Source of the DNA: Octopus sinensis
Taxonomy: Eukaryota
Direction: 5' to 3'
NCBI RefSeq assembly: GCF_006345805.1
Contig: NC_043013.1
Span: forward strand, 15,562,001 to 15,626,000
DNA: 64,000 nucleotides
Below the pieces are notes generated by a model. The model made no database searches. It was not told the DNA's origin and was given only the letters and a program-made list of their open reading frames with translations. Each line of letters opens with the position of its first letter. Within the stretch, counting starts at the first letter, position 1. Positions 1 through 12,023 of this stretch are shown here, one piece after another. The position numbers and the translations under genes are program-made.

Positions 1-199
1 CTCCATGTCATTGCAGTTGATGTTGGTTTGGGAGTTAGAGCATTCAGCAGAAGCATGCTTTTCCGTGGCAACCGGAGGCAGACTCCTTCTTTGTTTGGTT
101 TGGGAGTGGGTGTGCGCGTGAGTGTGGGTGTAGATGTAGGTGTAGGAGTCTTGAACACTTGTTCATGATTTTGCGCTTGCGGTGTTTGCAGTGCTGGTA

Positions 200-839
200 G
201 CAGTGGGAGTTTAGTTTTTTTTTTAATTTCAAGGCAAAAAGCCTTTAAGTGAATTACAGATCCACATGTTTGACATCGTGGCTTTCTACCCTCCATTAAC
301 ACTGACAGGTGAGTACCATCTGGGAAATCGATTCGATCGGACATTTGGTTGATATGGTCCTGCTTACATTGTAAAATCAATTCCATACCTATACCTGACC
401 AGTTTTGCTTATGTATTTTCTTGACCTTCGTTTTCTTCTAACCTTCTAAGACGGCCGTCACTAACCAGGTGATGGATATTTCTGGCGGCACATTCAACAC
501 CTTAATCTTGGCAAGGCGTTGGTCACGATAGCTGGGGGATTAAGACATTTCCATTCCTCAAAGTAGTCGAGGAATGACACCTGGCTTCTTCTTCAGTCCC
601 AAATCTCACCTCAGTAGTTCCAAATTTCTTTCCTTGCGTCCGAGGTATTTTTGTATTTCGCTCTCAGGAACATTTTCTATCCCACGTGACTTAACTCCGA
701 TGTAGCGGTATGTGGCCGTACATCTTAAGATATTCCTTATCACGTCGGATGGAGGGTTTACAGCTAGCCTTCTTCCATTCCTTTTTACAATTTTCTTGGC
801 CATTTTTAGATCGTCTTTATCTATGCGGAAATCTTCCAA
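200..839 (-). pseudogene. Degraded gag/ORF1-like retroelement ORF with CCHC zinc knuckle
   Basis: Minus-strand translation MEGRKPRCQTCGSVIHLKAFC (CX2CX4HX4C) at about 233-295, with in-frame stops upstream. Confidence 0.55.
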
Positions 840-1040
840 ATAATAATAATAACAACAACACTTTCTACTATAGGCACAAGGCCTGAAATTTTGGTGGGAA
901 GGAACTTGTCGATTACATCTTAACGATTACATGTAACGAAAACAATTTCAACAACTACAAATGTGGTGCATCAGCATGGCCAGTACCCAAAGGTTAAAAG
1001 TAGCAAAATAAGGAAATGAAAACTATTTATAATTGCATAC

Positions 1041-1162
1041 CCTTCCCTTGTTTGTGTAGCAAACACCATTTTGGAGTTTCGCTCCATAACAGTCATACTT
1101 CTGACATGCGCAAGATTCCGGTTGGTAGTCGGCAGGACACTTCTGATTGGTAGTAGTTTTTT
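1041..1162 (-). CDS. GON/WSC/EGF protein exon 9 (Cys-rich module); gene continues beyond window start
   Basis: CTCTTCACCAG acceptor, GTATGC donor; (E)KTTTNQKCPADYQPESCACQKYDCYGAKLQNGVCYTNKGR, open and phase-compatible with exon 8. Confidence 0.75.
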
Positions 1163-1656
1163 CTGGTGAAGAGTTAAAAAAAAAATAGAATAGAAATATA
1201 AAAATATATGAATCTCACAAGAATTGACTCTGCAGTTTTGTCTTGAAGTAAAGAATTACCTAAAACGATAATTATTTCTAATCTAAACACAAAAGCTAGT
1301 AAATTTAAGGGAAGGGTGATTATGTAATTTGAAGGAATCCAGTACTTAACTGGCCCTTTATATTGTCGAGCCCGAAAGAATGAAAGACAAAATTTGACGT
1401 CTGCAGGATTCGAACTCAGAACATAAAGAAACTGAGTATATCCCGTAAGGCATATTTTCCAACACTCTTACGATCCTGCTAAACACCTGTCGTACTTACG
1501 TTGTAAAGTAATGGAATAATCTGATTTTGCGGCGGATACGTCCACCTAGTCGCTTTAAACATGTGCCAGAATCTAATAGGGTGGTCTCAATGTGTTGACA
1601 CGAGTTGCTAGAAATATTAGGATAATGTCTTCATAATGTCTTTTTAAAAAAAGGGA

Positions 1657-2090
1657 GGATCTTTTCGGTTTGACCGGCAGTTTTTAAAAATAATTTCCAC
1701 GTAACTAAACACTTTTAAACTTCGTATACTGGTAGAATGTGTTTATAAAAGATATTTTTCTCTTGGCTTTATTGAGAAAATTCTATGGTTTGTAAGATAC
1801 TTGTTTTTTTTTCTTCAATTTCAACCAATCAATGACGTCTATTGAGGTGAAAACATTCTGTGCCGCATGACTATGTCCCTCGTTTAAGAAACAGATTGGG
1901 TTTATTTACATTTCTGAAGAAAAAAAGATACCCTTCTCCCCACCCCTAACCCTAACCCTGACTAACCCTAACTCTAACTCGAACCCTAAAACAGATTGAA
2001 ATGCAATAGATCGATACTAGGGTCATAATTATGGATGACAATTTCATATGACACCGCTAGAAAAAACTGCCGGTCAAACCGAAACGATCC
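1657..2090. mobile_element. MITE with about 30-bp TIRs, 8-bp TSD and internal telomere-like repeats
   Basis: TIR GGATCTTTTCGGTTTGACCGGCAGTTTTT / AAAAAACTGCCGGTCAAACCGAAACGATCC; TSD AAAAGGGA on both sides; CCCTAA-like repeats about 1944-1990. Confidence 0.85.
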
Positions 2091-2277
2091 AAAAGGGAAA
2101 AGCACACTGGCTGTTTATTCTCTTACAGATAGAATGTATGAATAAAAGAGGAGTTGGGATGGTCACGCGGTTGGATTATCTTTGGCATAGGTCAGCTTGA
2201 TTAAGGTTGACATGGCGCTAAAAGAAAATAACAAATGATTTCTATAAAATGTGCAGCGGTAGACCTGAAAACATGAC

Positions 2278-2560
2278 GAGGCACATGGCCTAGTGGTTAG
2301 AGCAGCGGACTCGCGGTCGAGGGATCGCGGGTTCGAATCTCAGACAGGGCGATGTGTGCGTTTATGGGCGAAACACCTAAGCTCCACACGGCTCCGGCAG
2401 AAGGTAATGGTGTACTTCTGCTGACTCTTTCGCCACAACTTTCTCTCACTCTTTCCTCCTGCATCTTGCAGCTCACCTGCGACGGACCGGCGTCCTGTCC
2501 AGGTGCGGAACCTATACGCCAAGGAAACCGGACCTTATGAGCCAGGCATGGCTTGAGGAA
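2278..2560 (+). mobile_element. tRNA-derived SINE family B
   Basis: GAGGCACATGGCCTAGTGGTTAGAGCAGCGGACTCGCGGTCG..GGTTCGAATC head; related copies at 6831, 21528, 50655. Confidence 0.8.
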
Positions 2561-2772
2561 GAACTAACAACCACTCTACCACTCATTTTTGTGTGAAATA
2601 CAGGTATGAGGGAACGGCAAAGTTTCAAGGATAATTTTCGTTCGAACCCAAGAAAGTTCCTTGATCTTCATAGCTTAGCATATGGAGGTCTTTCATGTCC
2701 GATGCCAGTAAAACAAGCAGATCACACAAACACAGACACACGCGCGCGCACACACACATATATATGTATATT

Positions 2773-2985
2773 ACTTTATTGCCCACAAGGGGCTAAACAT
2801 AGAGGAGACAAACAGATTAAGTCGATTGCATCGACCCCAGTGCGTAACTGGTACTTAATTTATTGACCCCGAAAGGTTGAAAGGCAAAGTCGACCTCAGC
2901 GGAATTTGAACTCAGAACGTCACGGCAGACGAAATACCGCTACGCATTTCGCCCGACGTGCTAACGATTCTGCCAGCTCGCCGCC
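2773..2985 (-). mobile_element. SINE family A
   Basis: Reverse complement of the 7520 copy. Confidence 0.85.
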
Positions 2986-3577
2986 TATCCACACATATAT
3001 ATGACGGCTTCTTTCAGTTTTTGTCTACAAAATCTACTTGCAAAGTCGGCCCGAGGTTATAGCTGAAGACACTTACCCAAGGTGCCACGAAGTGGGACTG
3101 AACCCGGAACCATGTGGTTGGGAAGAAAGCTTAGCGAAAACTCTTCCAACGAATGTGAATATTCCGTCCTTTTATATACATAGTGCGTTAGTTAATTAGA
3201 AAAAGAAAGGAACAGCTGTATATATCACTTAGTTCGACTCTGTTTGGAACCTCGTCAGCATTTGTGTAGCTTCCCAGCTATATATTCATCTATTGCTTGT
3301 AATCTCACTGATACTAGTGGGTAAAGAAAACTGGACAGACCATTTAAAACTTTGATGGCAATCAGTTCGAATATTAAATTACAGTTTGCGGGCGTATACT
3401 CATTTTATTCAGGGTGCAGGCGTGGTTGTGTGATAAGAAGCTTGCTTCCCAACCACATGGTTCCGGGTTCAGTCCCACTGTGGAACCCTGGGCGCAAATC
3501 TCTTCTACCAATAGCCGCAGGTCGACCAAAGTCTTTTCAGTCGATTTGGTCTACGGAAACTAGAAGAGGCCCGGTGT

Positions 3578-3609
<32 letters not shown>

Positions 3610-3622
3610 ACACATACACACA

Positions 3623-3669
<47 letters not shown>

Positions 3670-3671
3670 AA

Positions 3672-4135
3672 TAAATAAAAGAATGGAGTTGAACGACGAA
3701 TTAACAAAATTCCTTTATTTTCGACATATGTTTCGAAGGCTGCATATTCCTAATTTCGAAGGAATAAGGGGTGCATTATGCTATGGGCTCCGTGTGGGCA
3801 GTCATCTAAACGTTTTTGTGCATCTTGATGCTGACATAAATTCCTTGTTTTTTCCTGATGAGAAGGCGGCATAATGCACCCCTTATTCCTTCGAAATTAG
3901 GAATATGCAGCCTTCGAAACATATGTCGAAAATAAAGGAATTTTGTTAATTCATCGTTCAACTCCATTCTTTCATTTATTTGTATTAAAAAAAACACACA
4001 GATTTCCACACGAAAGCACGTGATCTCTGCCCTAGGCATGTAGCTTCAACCGTGTTTTTCTGACGTGAATTGGCTACCCGGGTATCGGTTAACCGAATTA
4101 TCCATAATAAGATAATTCATTCAACTACTCAAATA
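3672..4135 (+). mobile_element. Penelope-like terminal-repeat fragment with partial inverted duplication, inserted in the (TA)n of a SINE
   Basis: About 110-bp inverted repeat 3672-3781 / 3869-3980; contains the hammerhead; bounded by TA-rich microsatellite. Confidence 0.65.
3838..3943 (+). ncRNA. Type I hammerhead ribozyme motif (Penelope-like minimal type)
   Basis: Stem I AAATTCCTTGTTTTTTC/GAAAATAAAGGAATTT; CTGATGA 3855-3861; stem II GAAGGC/GCCTTC; GAAA 3916-3919; palindromic stem III ACATATGT; GTC cleavage triplet 3925-3927. Confidence 0.85.
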
Positions 4136-4136
4136 T

Positions 4137-4190
<54 letters not shown>

Positions 4191-4221
4191 TATATATATA
4201 CATACATATATATATTTATAT

Positions 4222-4264
<43 letters not shown>

Positions 4265-5131
4265 TACACACACATATATATATATATGAGAGTATGTTTA
4301 TGTCTATATCTGTCTATGTATGTCTTTGTGTCGGTGTTTGTCCCCTACCACCACGACTTGACAGCTGGTGTTGGTGTGTTTATGTCCCCGTGACTTAACG
4401 CTTCAACAAAAGAGACCAAGAAAATAAATTCTGGGCTTTCAAAAATAAGTTCCAGGGTGAATACAAATTCTTTAAGGTGGAGCCCCATCATGGCCGCATT
4501 GCAATGACTGAAACAAGTTAAAGATAAAAGATAAAAGACTTGTTAAAAGTGCTTCGTTTCATTGCTGTATAACGAACATAGTTTTTCATACTTGACTTGT
4601 TTCAATCTTTGGACTGCGGCCATGCTGGGGCAACGCTTTGAAGGTTTTTTTTTCTGCTGTAGGTGAAGAAATAGATACAAGTATTAATTTTGTTTTAATT
4701 TTTAAAGTATGGTGCTCATTCTATCGATCTTTTATGTCGAACTGCCAAGTTACCATCAGCAGTTGTCAAAGGCAGCGGCTCAGGAAACACAAAGGCGCGC
4801 ACGCACACACACACACACACAAACACATATATACATAGGCTTCCATCTAACAAATTCACTCACAAGGCATTGGTCGGCCTCAGTGCTATAATAGAAAATA
4901 CTAGCCCATGGTTCTGCGCAGTGGGATTGAACCTAAAACTAAATCCTTGCAAAGTGGTTTTCTTGACCATACAGCCATGCCTTGCACCTGACCATGCCTG
5001 CGTCTATCTATAATAGTCTTTAGCCAACACTGTATGTTCCGACACAGAATATGTTATCGGATCGAAACAGAAGGGCTGTATGTGCCTCACCTAAGATAAT
5101 TAACCCAGTCATTATTCCATATTTCACTAAC

Positions 5132-5235
5132 CTGTTCTCGTTTGACATCGGGATCCTGAAAATCCAGTGGGACATTGACAAAAGAATCCATCGCTGGTCG
5201 TTGCAATGCATATTCCGAAAGGAGCACAGATTTTT
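5132..5235 (-). CDS. GON/WSC/EGF protein exon 8 (EGF-like domain)
   Basis: Long poly-T acceptor, GTTAGT donor; joined to exon 7 gives PCKQKICAPFGICIATTSDGFFCQCPTGFSGSRCQ with six-Cys EGF spacing; phase 2/1. Confidence 0.9.
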
Positions 5236-6061
5236 CTAAAAACAAAAAAAAAAAAAAAGAAAAGAAAAAGCAAATAAGTCGGAATAATGGTAAAACCAGT
5301 GTTATCAGAAGGCAGGGGCATTTTGAGTAGTTGTCCGGTGTAGGGATCATGGAAATAGGGACCTAATACTATTCTACAATTGTTGTGGCTTGCTGTCAAT
5401 AAATACTATAAGAATCGGTGCCATTGAAGCAACGAACAGCGAAAGCCTCGTTTAATTTTTTTTTTGTTTTAAAACTGAGTTGAAGCAGTCCCTTGTGGCG
5501 TTGTGAAATCGAAAGTAAGTGGCAGCTATCCACGAGGGGCACCAAATATTTAGGGAGTTCCGGAAATTTCTTAGGTACGTTATATTTTAAACGCATTAAA
5601 AAGTCTTTGCTAGGGTTAAAATATGTTTATCAGTGAGCAGAAAAATATTTGATGAATAAAATCGACTAAGATTTTCTTATACAAGTTCACGTTTTCTATA
5701 ATTGTTTCCATAAGTATTATTACGTGATGGGTGGTGGTGGTTAAATAAGTCCGTGAAAGTATCTAAAAAATAGGTACAAGTACATTTGGTTTAGTATAAG
5801 GTAACAAACATAATAAACTATGGCAGAAAATTAACTCTTTTATTGCCATATTCACACCGAAATTATACTGAATTATTTGTTTCAATTAATTTTGAAAATA
5901 ACGGAGGATTTAATAAAAAAAGATCTTTACCATTATAAAGCTGAAGTTGGGAACGTAAACTAACATGAAGGTACAATGGACGGTTGAATTTGGCTTACTT
6001 TAAAACAGGGAAATTCATATCATAGAAGCAGTCGACTTTCATAAAACACTTGATAGAAATG

Positions 6062-6099
6062 AACAGCGACAACAACAACGACGACGACGACAACAACAA

Positions 6100-6143
<44 letters not shown>

Positions 6144-6444
6144 ACAACAAAAACAACAACAACAACACAACAACAACAACAACAACAACAAAAACAACCA
6201 CAACAACAACAACAGTAACAGTTGCAATAACATCATCAACAGTAATAACAGAAGCAGCAACATCATAATTTGCAACAGCAACATCAATAGTAGTAGCTGC
6301 AGTAGCAGCAGCAGCAACAGCAGCAGCAACGGTAACAATAATCACAGCAACACTATCCTTATGAATAATAACAGCAGCAGCAAATAACAACGCCATTTAC
6401 TACCATAGCAATAGCAACAACAACAACAACAACAACAACAACAT

Positions 6445-6482
<38 letters not shown>

Positions 6483-6540
6483 CGGTAGTAACAGAAATAG
6501 CAACAACAACCACTATATTAGCAACAAGAACAACATGAAC
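6062..6540. repeat. (CAA/CAG)n microsatellite
   Basis: Direct reading. Confidence 0.9.
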
Positions 6541-6830
6541 TAGAACAAAGAAATTTGTGCTTCTTCAGTGAGAAAGATAACAGAAAGATAACAGAACGAT
6601 GTCATATTTGTCCTTTATATTCTTTGTTCTCCGAAGAAAGACTTACGTCCGAAACGTCAGTTGTTTCACATCTCACTGCAGTTGAGTTAGCAACAAGAAT
6701 AATATGAACAAGGGCTTGAAATTTTGTGCTTTTTCAGAGAGAAAGAATATAGAGACTTTAAATACACTAACAAAAATAGCAGCGTCACCACTACCAAGAG
6801 CAACAACAACAAAAACAGCAGCAACAACCA

Positions 6831-7050
6831 GAGGCGCAATGGCCCAGTGGTTAGGGCAGCGGACTCACGGTCGGAGGATCGCGGTTTCGATTCCCAGACC
6901 GGGCGTTGTGTGTGTTTATTGAGCGAAAACACCTAAAGCTCCACGAGGCTTCGGCAGGGGGTGGTGGCGACCCCTGTTGTACTCATTCGCTCCAACTTTC
7001 AACTTTCTCTCACTTTTTCTTCCCGTTTCTTGTCCCCGACTTCCTACCCT
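6831..7050 (+). mobile_element. SINE family B
   Basis: GAGGCGCAATGGCCCAGTGGTTAGGGCAGCGGACTC head. Confidence 0.8.
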
Positions 7051-7146
7051 CAACAAACAAACAAACAAACAAACAAACAAAAGCAGCAACAACCATCACA
7101 CTAGAAAGAAGAACATGAACCAGAACAACAACAACAACATAGTTAC

Positions 7147-7270
7147 TGTTTGCATGGGTGAGTGGGATTTAATTGCAGAAACAAGAGATCCCTTTCTTGT
7201 CCGTCAGTCATGACGGGGTAGCATTTAGCTGGGTATCCACCACACTTGCCTATTCGGTAGTGAGATTCTC
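7147..7270 (-). CDS. GON/WSC/EGF protein exon 7 (end of GON domain + start of EGF)
   Basis: CTTTCTTTTCCAG acceptor, GTAACT donor; (G)ESHYRIGKCGGYPAKCYPVMTDGQERDLLFLQLNPTHPCK resembles GON C-terminal G.CGGY...C.P.....L.L; phase 1/2. Confidence 0.85.
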
Positions 7271-7314
7271 CTGGAAAAGAAAGCAAGTGTATCAATAATT
7301 AGATATGTAGATGT

Positions 7315-7357
<43 letters not shown>

Positions 7358-7519
7358 ACACACACACACGCACATACACACACACGCACATACACACACA
7401 TATTTACAAACACATGCACACACATAGATACACAATTATAGACACAAACAGAAGCTCAAGCACACACACACACACACAATCACTTGCATATACACATAAA
7501 CATATACACACACGAACAA

Positions 7520-7935
7520 GGCGGCGAGCTGGCAGAAACGTTAGCGCGGCGGGCGAAATGCTTAGCGGTATTTCGTCTGCCGTGACGTTCTGAGTTCAAA
7601 TTCCGCCGAGGTCGACTTTGCCTTTCATCCTTTCGGGGTCGATAAATAAAGTACCAGTTTCGCACTGGGGTCGATGTAATCGACTTAATCCCTTTGTCTG
7701 TCCTTGTTTGTCCCCTTTGTGTTTAGCCCCTTGTGGGTAGTAAAGAACTAGGTATTTCGTCTACCGTTACGTTCTGAGTTCAAATTCCGCCGAGGTCGAC
7801 TTTGCCTTTCATCCTTTCGGGGTCAATTAAATAAGTACCAGTTACGCACTGCGGTCGATATAATCGGCTTAATCCCTTTGTCTGTCCTTGTTTGTCTTCT
7901 CTGTGTTTAGCCCCTTGTGGGCAGTAAAGAAATAG
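7520..7935 (+). mobile_element. tRNA-derived SINE family A, full copy plus tandem partial copy
   Basis: GGCGGCGAGCTGGCAGAA..GAGTTCAAATTCC (A/B boxes)..GCCTTTCATCCTTTCGGGGTCGAT..GCCCCTTGTGGG..AAAGAA; second unit restarts at about 7751. Confidence 0.85.
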
Positions 7936-8709
7936 GTATGTATAATCTTAGTTACTTAGTTAAGGGTTCTAATTTGGAAAGTCAAATCTGTTGTGTTAGA
8001 TTGGTGTGGTACGGAAGATGCGATGTTTGAATCCAACAGACGATGCTACATTTTCACTCGCTTTCTACTGTAGTCGATGTATGTATATGTAAGTATGAAT
8101 GTGTCTAAATGTATGCATAATAAAATGGCTTGAACGATATCAGATAGACCCAATAAGTTGCCTATTTTTATTTTTCGAACTGAAAATTAAATGTATGATG
8201 CAATTATATATGATTCGCAAATATATTTATCCTTTATCTTTTGTTTCGGTCATTGGACTGCAGCCACCCTAGGATACCATCCCTGAGGATTTTACTCAAA
8301 CAAATCAACCTCACTATGTATTTTTGAAGTTTAGTAAAAAGTCTATCGGTCTCTTAAGCCGTACCTGTAAATAAAGGCGACATAAACAAACCAACATCGG
8401 TTACCAAGTGGTAGAAAAAGGAGACAGGCACTTGCACAAAGACAACCACAAACACACCCACGTACTTACACATGCGCACACACGCACGTACACATATATA
8501 TGCAACGGGCTTCTACAAGTTACCCCCCCCCCATTCAAATTCACTCCCAAGGTATTGGTCGGACCGGGGCTATTGAAGAAGACACCTGCCCAAGGTACCG
8601 AGCCCGAAACTATGTGCTGGCTAAGACTACTTCTTAAGTAAACATAGCCATGCCAACGGCCTCCTTAAAAATTTGAAACAGACATCCCCTTGAAAACAAA
8701 CATAAAAAA

Positions 8710-8925
8710 AAGGAGAGGGGCTTTCTCCGTCCGGGTTGCGGATCCGTGGAATAAACTGCCGGACGAGATAGTGAAGATGCCGACGACCGTTCGGTTCAAA
8801 GTCTCTCTTGACCGGATATGGCCTAAACTTTTTGTATGACCATCCTCCCTGTACATAACTCCCTGTCCCCCTACATGTCCTTGCTTTCTGAGTCAATAAA
8901 AATTAAATTAAAATTAAAAATTAAA
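8710..8925 (+). mobile_element. 3' end of the same LINE family
   Basis: GGAGAGGGGCTTTCTCCGTCCGGGTTGCGGATCCGTGGAATAAACTGCC matches the 11.4-kb copy; AATAAA and (TTAAA)n tail. Confidence 0.8.
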
Positions 8926-8995
8926 AAAAAAAGAAAATCACGAAACAGAGAAATTATACACGCGATTAATATTTAAAGCCTTTGCTATTACATAC

Positions 8996-9125
8996 CTGCA
9001 GTGTAAACGGAGAGGGCTAAGTAACCACCACATTTTCGATAGCGTTGACCACTGCAGCGCGCGGTACACCGTTTGGACACCCCCCCTTTGCTGTAGCTAT
9101 TTCCACAGGAACAGAATCTTGCATT
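8996..9125 (-). CDS. GON/WSC/EGF protein exon 6 (WSC domain, C-half)
   Basis: CTTCCTTTGCAG acceptor, GTATGT donor; NARFCSCGNSYSKGGVSKRCTARCSGQRYRKCGGYLALSVYTA matches WSC C.CG......C...C.G.....CGG.....vY; phase 0/1. Confidence 0.9.
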
Positions 9126-9229
9126 CTGCAAAGGAAGACGATAATAGTACAATGGATAATCTCTAGTGCATGAGTACAAACATATAGGCGGATATCTTAG
9201 TTTCAATCAATTTGCTTATAGCTACTCGC

Positions 9230-9262
<33 letters not shown>

Positions 9263-9425
9263 ATAAAATACAAAATGGGACAAGAACGCAAAACATCCGG
9301 ACAACCAGGTGATACAAAAAGGGACAACAAAATATCCAGATAGATGATACAAAAAATAACAAGGTCGGGTCATTCATCCTCCAATGTAGTGCTGAGCACT
9401 CATTCTCACTCATCGATATTAGAGT

Positions 9426-9479
<54 letters not shown>

Positions 9480-10152
9480 CTAGGTGAACTGTATTGCTGA
9501 CGGTCAAGTGACTTCGTCACGGATACAGTTCAGAGGATTATTGTAGCATACTGTGGTACAACTTGATAGACTAAGATTGTTGACAGCTGAGTGTCTTGGT
9601 CATGGATCTTTGGATGTATCTGCATTATGGGCACGTTATATCGTCCTTATTACAATACAAATCCCTGACCCGTCGTCTAGGCTGGTTAATACAGCTCAAT
9701 TTTCTTGGAGACGGCCATTGTGTGTGCGTTTGTGTGTGTGTCTGTGGGGGGGGGCGGTTTGTGTATGTGTGTTTGTGTGTGTGTGCATCCCTTTTATTTT
9801 TTCTTTCCTTGTGTCACTCTTTTATTTGCGGCTATTTTTACCCCCTCTATTTCTTTTATCGGTGTCTTTTGCCAAACTGCTATGCTATGGGAACGTATAC
9901 AAACCAACACCGGTTGTCAAACGGTGGTAGGGAAACAGACAAACACAAAGACACACATACACACACACATGCGCGCACGATAGGCTTGTTTCTGTTTCCG
10001 CATACCAAATCCACTCACAAGTCTTTGGTTCGCCCGGGGCAATAATAGAAGACACTTCACCAAGAAATTTATACCGCGCAGTAGAACAAATATTGAAATC
10101 GCGTGGTTGGGAAGCAAGCTTCGTACCACACAACCATCTATGCTGAACTTAC

Positions 10153-10283
10153 CTCCAGACCAGCATAATAATATCCGCCCTTTTTGCAACTAAGAATGCA
10201 TTTTTCTATGGTCATATGTAAACTTGACCAGCGCAACATTGGAAGAACACTTTTTCTGATGTCTTTAAAGCAACCTATATATT
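10153..10283 (-). CDS. GON/WSC/EGF protein exon 5 (WSC domain, N-half)
   Basis: Poly-T-CAG acceptor, GTAAGT donor; (E)YIGCFKDIRKSVLPMLRWSSLHMTIEKCILSCKKGGYYYAGLE matches WSC YiGC..D...L......MT.e.C...C...gy.YAGl; phase 1/0; not annotated in this frame in the ORF track. Confidence 0.9.
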
Positions 10284-10536
10284 CTGAAAAAAAAAAAAAA
10301 AATAATAATCATAATCCTTTCTACTCGAGGTACAAGGTCTGAAATTTTGGGGAAGGGGTTAAGTCGATTACATCGACCTCAGAACTCCACTGGTACTTAA
10401 TTTATCAATCCCGAAATGATAAAAGGTGAAGTCGATGGAATTTGAACTTAGAACTTAGACTGGCGAAAATTTGCCGGAAAATTTCAGACCTTGAATAGTA
10501 GAAAGGATTATATATATATATATATATATGTGCATG

Positions 10537-10602
<66 letters not shown>

Positions 10603-10701
10603 TAAATTAGAGACAAAACCACTATTATGCAAATCAAACAAAGACTCAAGCCAATACATAAATTAATTTATATTATTTAGAAATTTAACAATTATTATTA
10701 T

Positions 10702-10764
10702 CCACTACGATCGTTTCATGTCTTCTTTCATCACATCTTTGAGTAGTAGTCATTCTTCAGGTGG
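10702..10764 (-). ncRNA. Type I hammerhead ribozyme motif (minimal, palindromic stem III)
   Basis: Minus strand: CCAC CTGAAGA ATGACT...AGACAT GAAA CGATCG TA GTGG; stem II has A.A mismatches; GUA triplet. Confidence 0.72.
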
Positions 10765-11301
10765 TTTCAAAATCTAAAATATAATCAATATTTTTAAGAT
10801 ATAAAATAATAAATATACATATATATATATTATATATATATTATATATATATATATATATTATATATATATATATGAATGTGTATATATATATATATTAT
10901 ATTAAATTCTGTGTGTTGTATGTTGCACATGCGCTTGTGTGTATGGGCGCAGTTGCAATGACGAGGCTAAAGATATTGAGACAAATGCCATTTTCTACAG
11001 CCTCAGGTCAACCGATAAATTGTGAGTGTAATTGGGTTCATAGGAACTACATAGAGGCATGCTGCTGTTGAGAGCCCCTTCGGTCATGACTGACCATGAG
11101 ATTGCACCTAGAAAGTTACCCTCCGAGGCACAAGTCCGGGCAAGGTTGTTTATAGAAGACCAGCAGTCGGCCATGCATACCATCCTCTCCTCCCCGCGCC
11201 ACCGATGTTATCCAAGGGAAAGGCAAAGGGGCCGATACAGCTTGGCACCAGTGATGTCGCAACTCATTTCTACAGCTGAGTGAATTGGAGCAATGTGAAA
11301 T

Positions 11302-11843
11302 AGTTAGTTAGTTAGTTAGTTAATTTGGCTCAAAAGCAAATAGCAAGGCCATGTAGGGGGACATGGAGTTAAGTACAGGGTGGTGTTCATGTAAAGAGTT
11401 CAGGCCACTTGAGATCCAGGGAGGCTTTGAACAAAGCGGTCGTTGGCATCTTCACCATCTCGTCTGGCAGCTTGTTCCATGGATCCGCAACCCGGACGGA
11501 GAAAGCTCCTCTCCTTCGATTGAGATGAAATCGTCGCAGGTAGAGCTTTTCGGAATGACCCCGCAGCCGACGCTCTGGAGCAGGAGTGAAGAACAGCTCT
11601 TTCGAGAGGTTACACTTTCCGCTTATGATGTTGTGGGCGAGAATGAGATCACTACGGCGGCGGCGTTTTTCAAGAGAATAAAGGTCGAGCGTCCTCAGCC
11701 TTTCTTCGTAGGACAAATTTTTGAGACCATGAACCATGCGGGTAGCCAGCTTCTGGACTCTTTCGAGATGCTGTATGTCTTTTAGGAGATAAGGAGAAGA
11801 GGCTTGAATCCCATACTCCAATATGGGTCTCACCAGGGTGACA
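11302..11843 (-). mobile_element. 5'-truncated CR1/L2-group LINE 3' end with (TAAC)n tail, nested in a SINE
   Basis: RPILEYG...DIQHLERVQKLATRMV..LSYEERL..LDLYSLEKRRRRSDL...LRGHSEKL...FSVRVADPWNKLP; SINE halves at about 10995-11301 and 11846-11951. Confidence 0.9.
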
Positions 11844-12023
11844 TAAATAAAGTGTCTTGCTTAAGAAGACAACACGCAGCTCGGTCCGGGATTCGGACTC
11901 GCACACTCCCGATCGTAAGCTCGACGCTCTAACCACCGAGCCATGCGCCTTCATAAGAGGCACGGTAACACTAGTATAAAAATATGCCTTGCAACTCTTG
12001 CAGGCACTTAGTCATATACTTAC

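Noticed and set aside
2278-2350. tRNA-like cloverleaf (also at 6831, 21528, 50900)
   Set aside because: No proper acceptor stem; each continues into a shared SINE body, so these are SINE heads rather than tRNA genes.
3232-3260. Minus-strand CTGACGA followed by a hairpin and GAAC
   Set aside because: Lacks GAAA and stems I and III.
6628-6662. Hammerhead-like CCGAAGA..GAC-TTAC-GTC..GAAACGTC
   Set aside because: Core U replaced and stem I only 2 bp; at most a remnant.
9480-9720. Unique-looking sequence between the two WSC exons
   Set aside because: No open, splice-bounded minus-strand frame found; the WSC exons join in frame without it.
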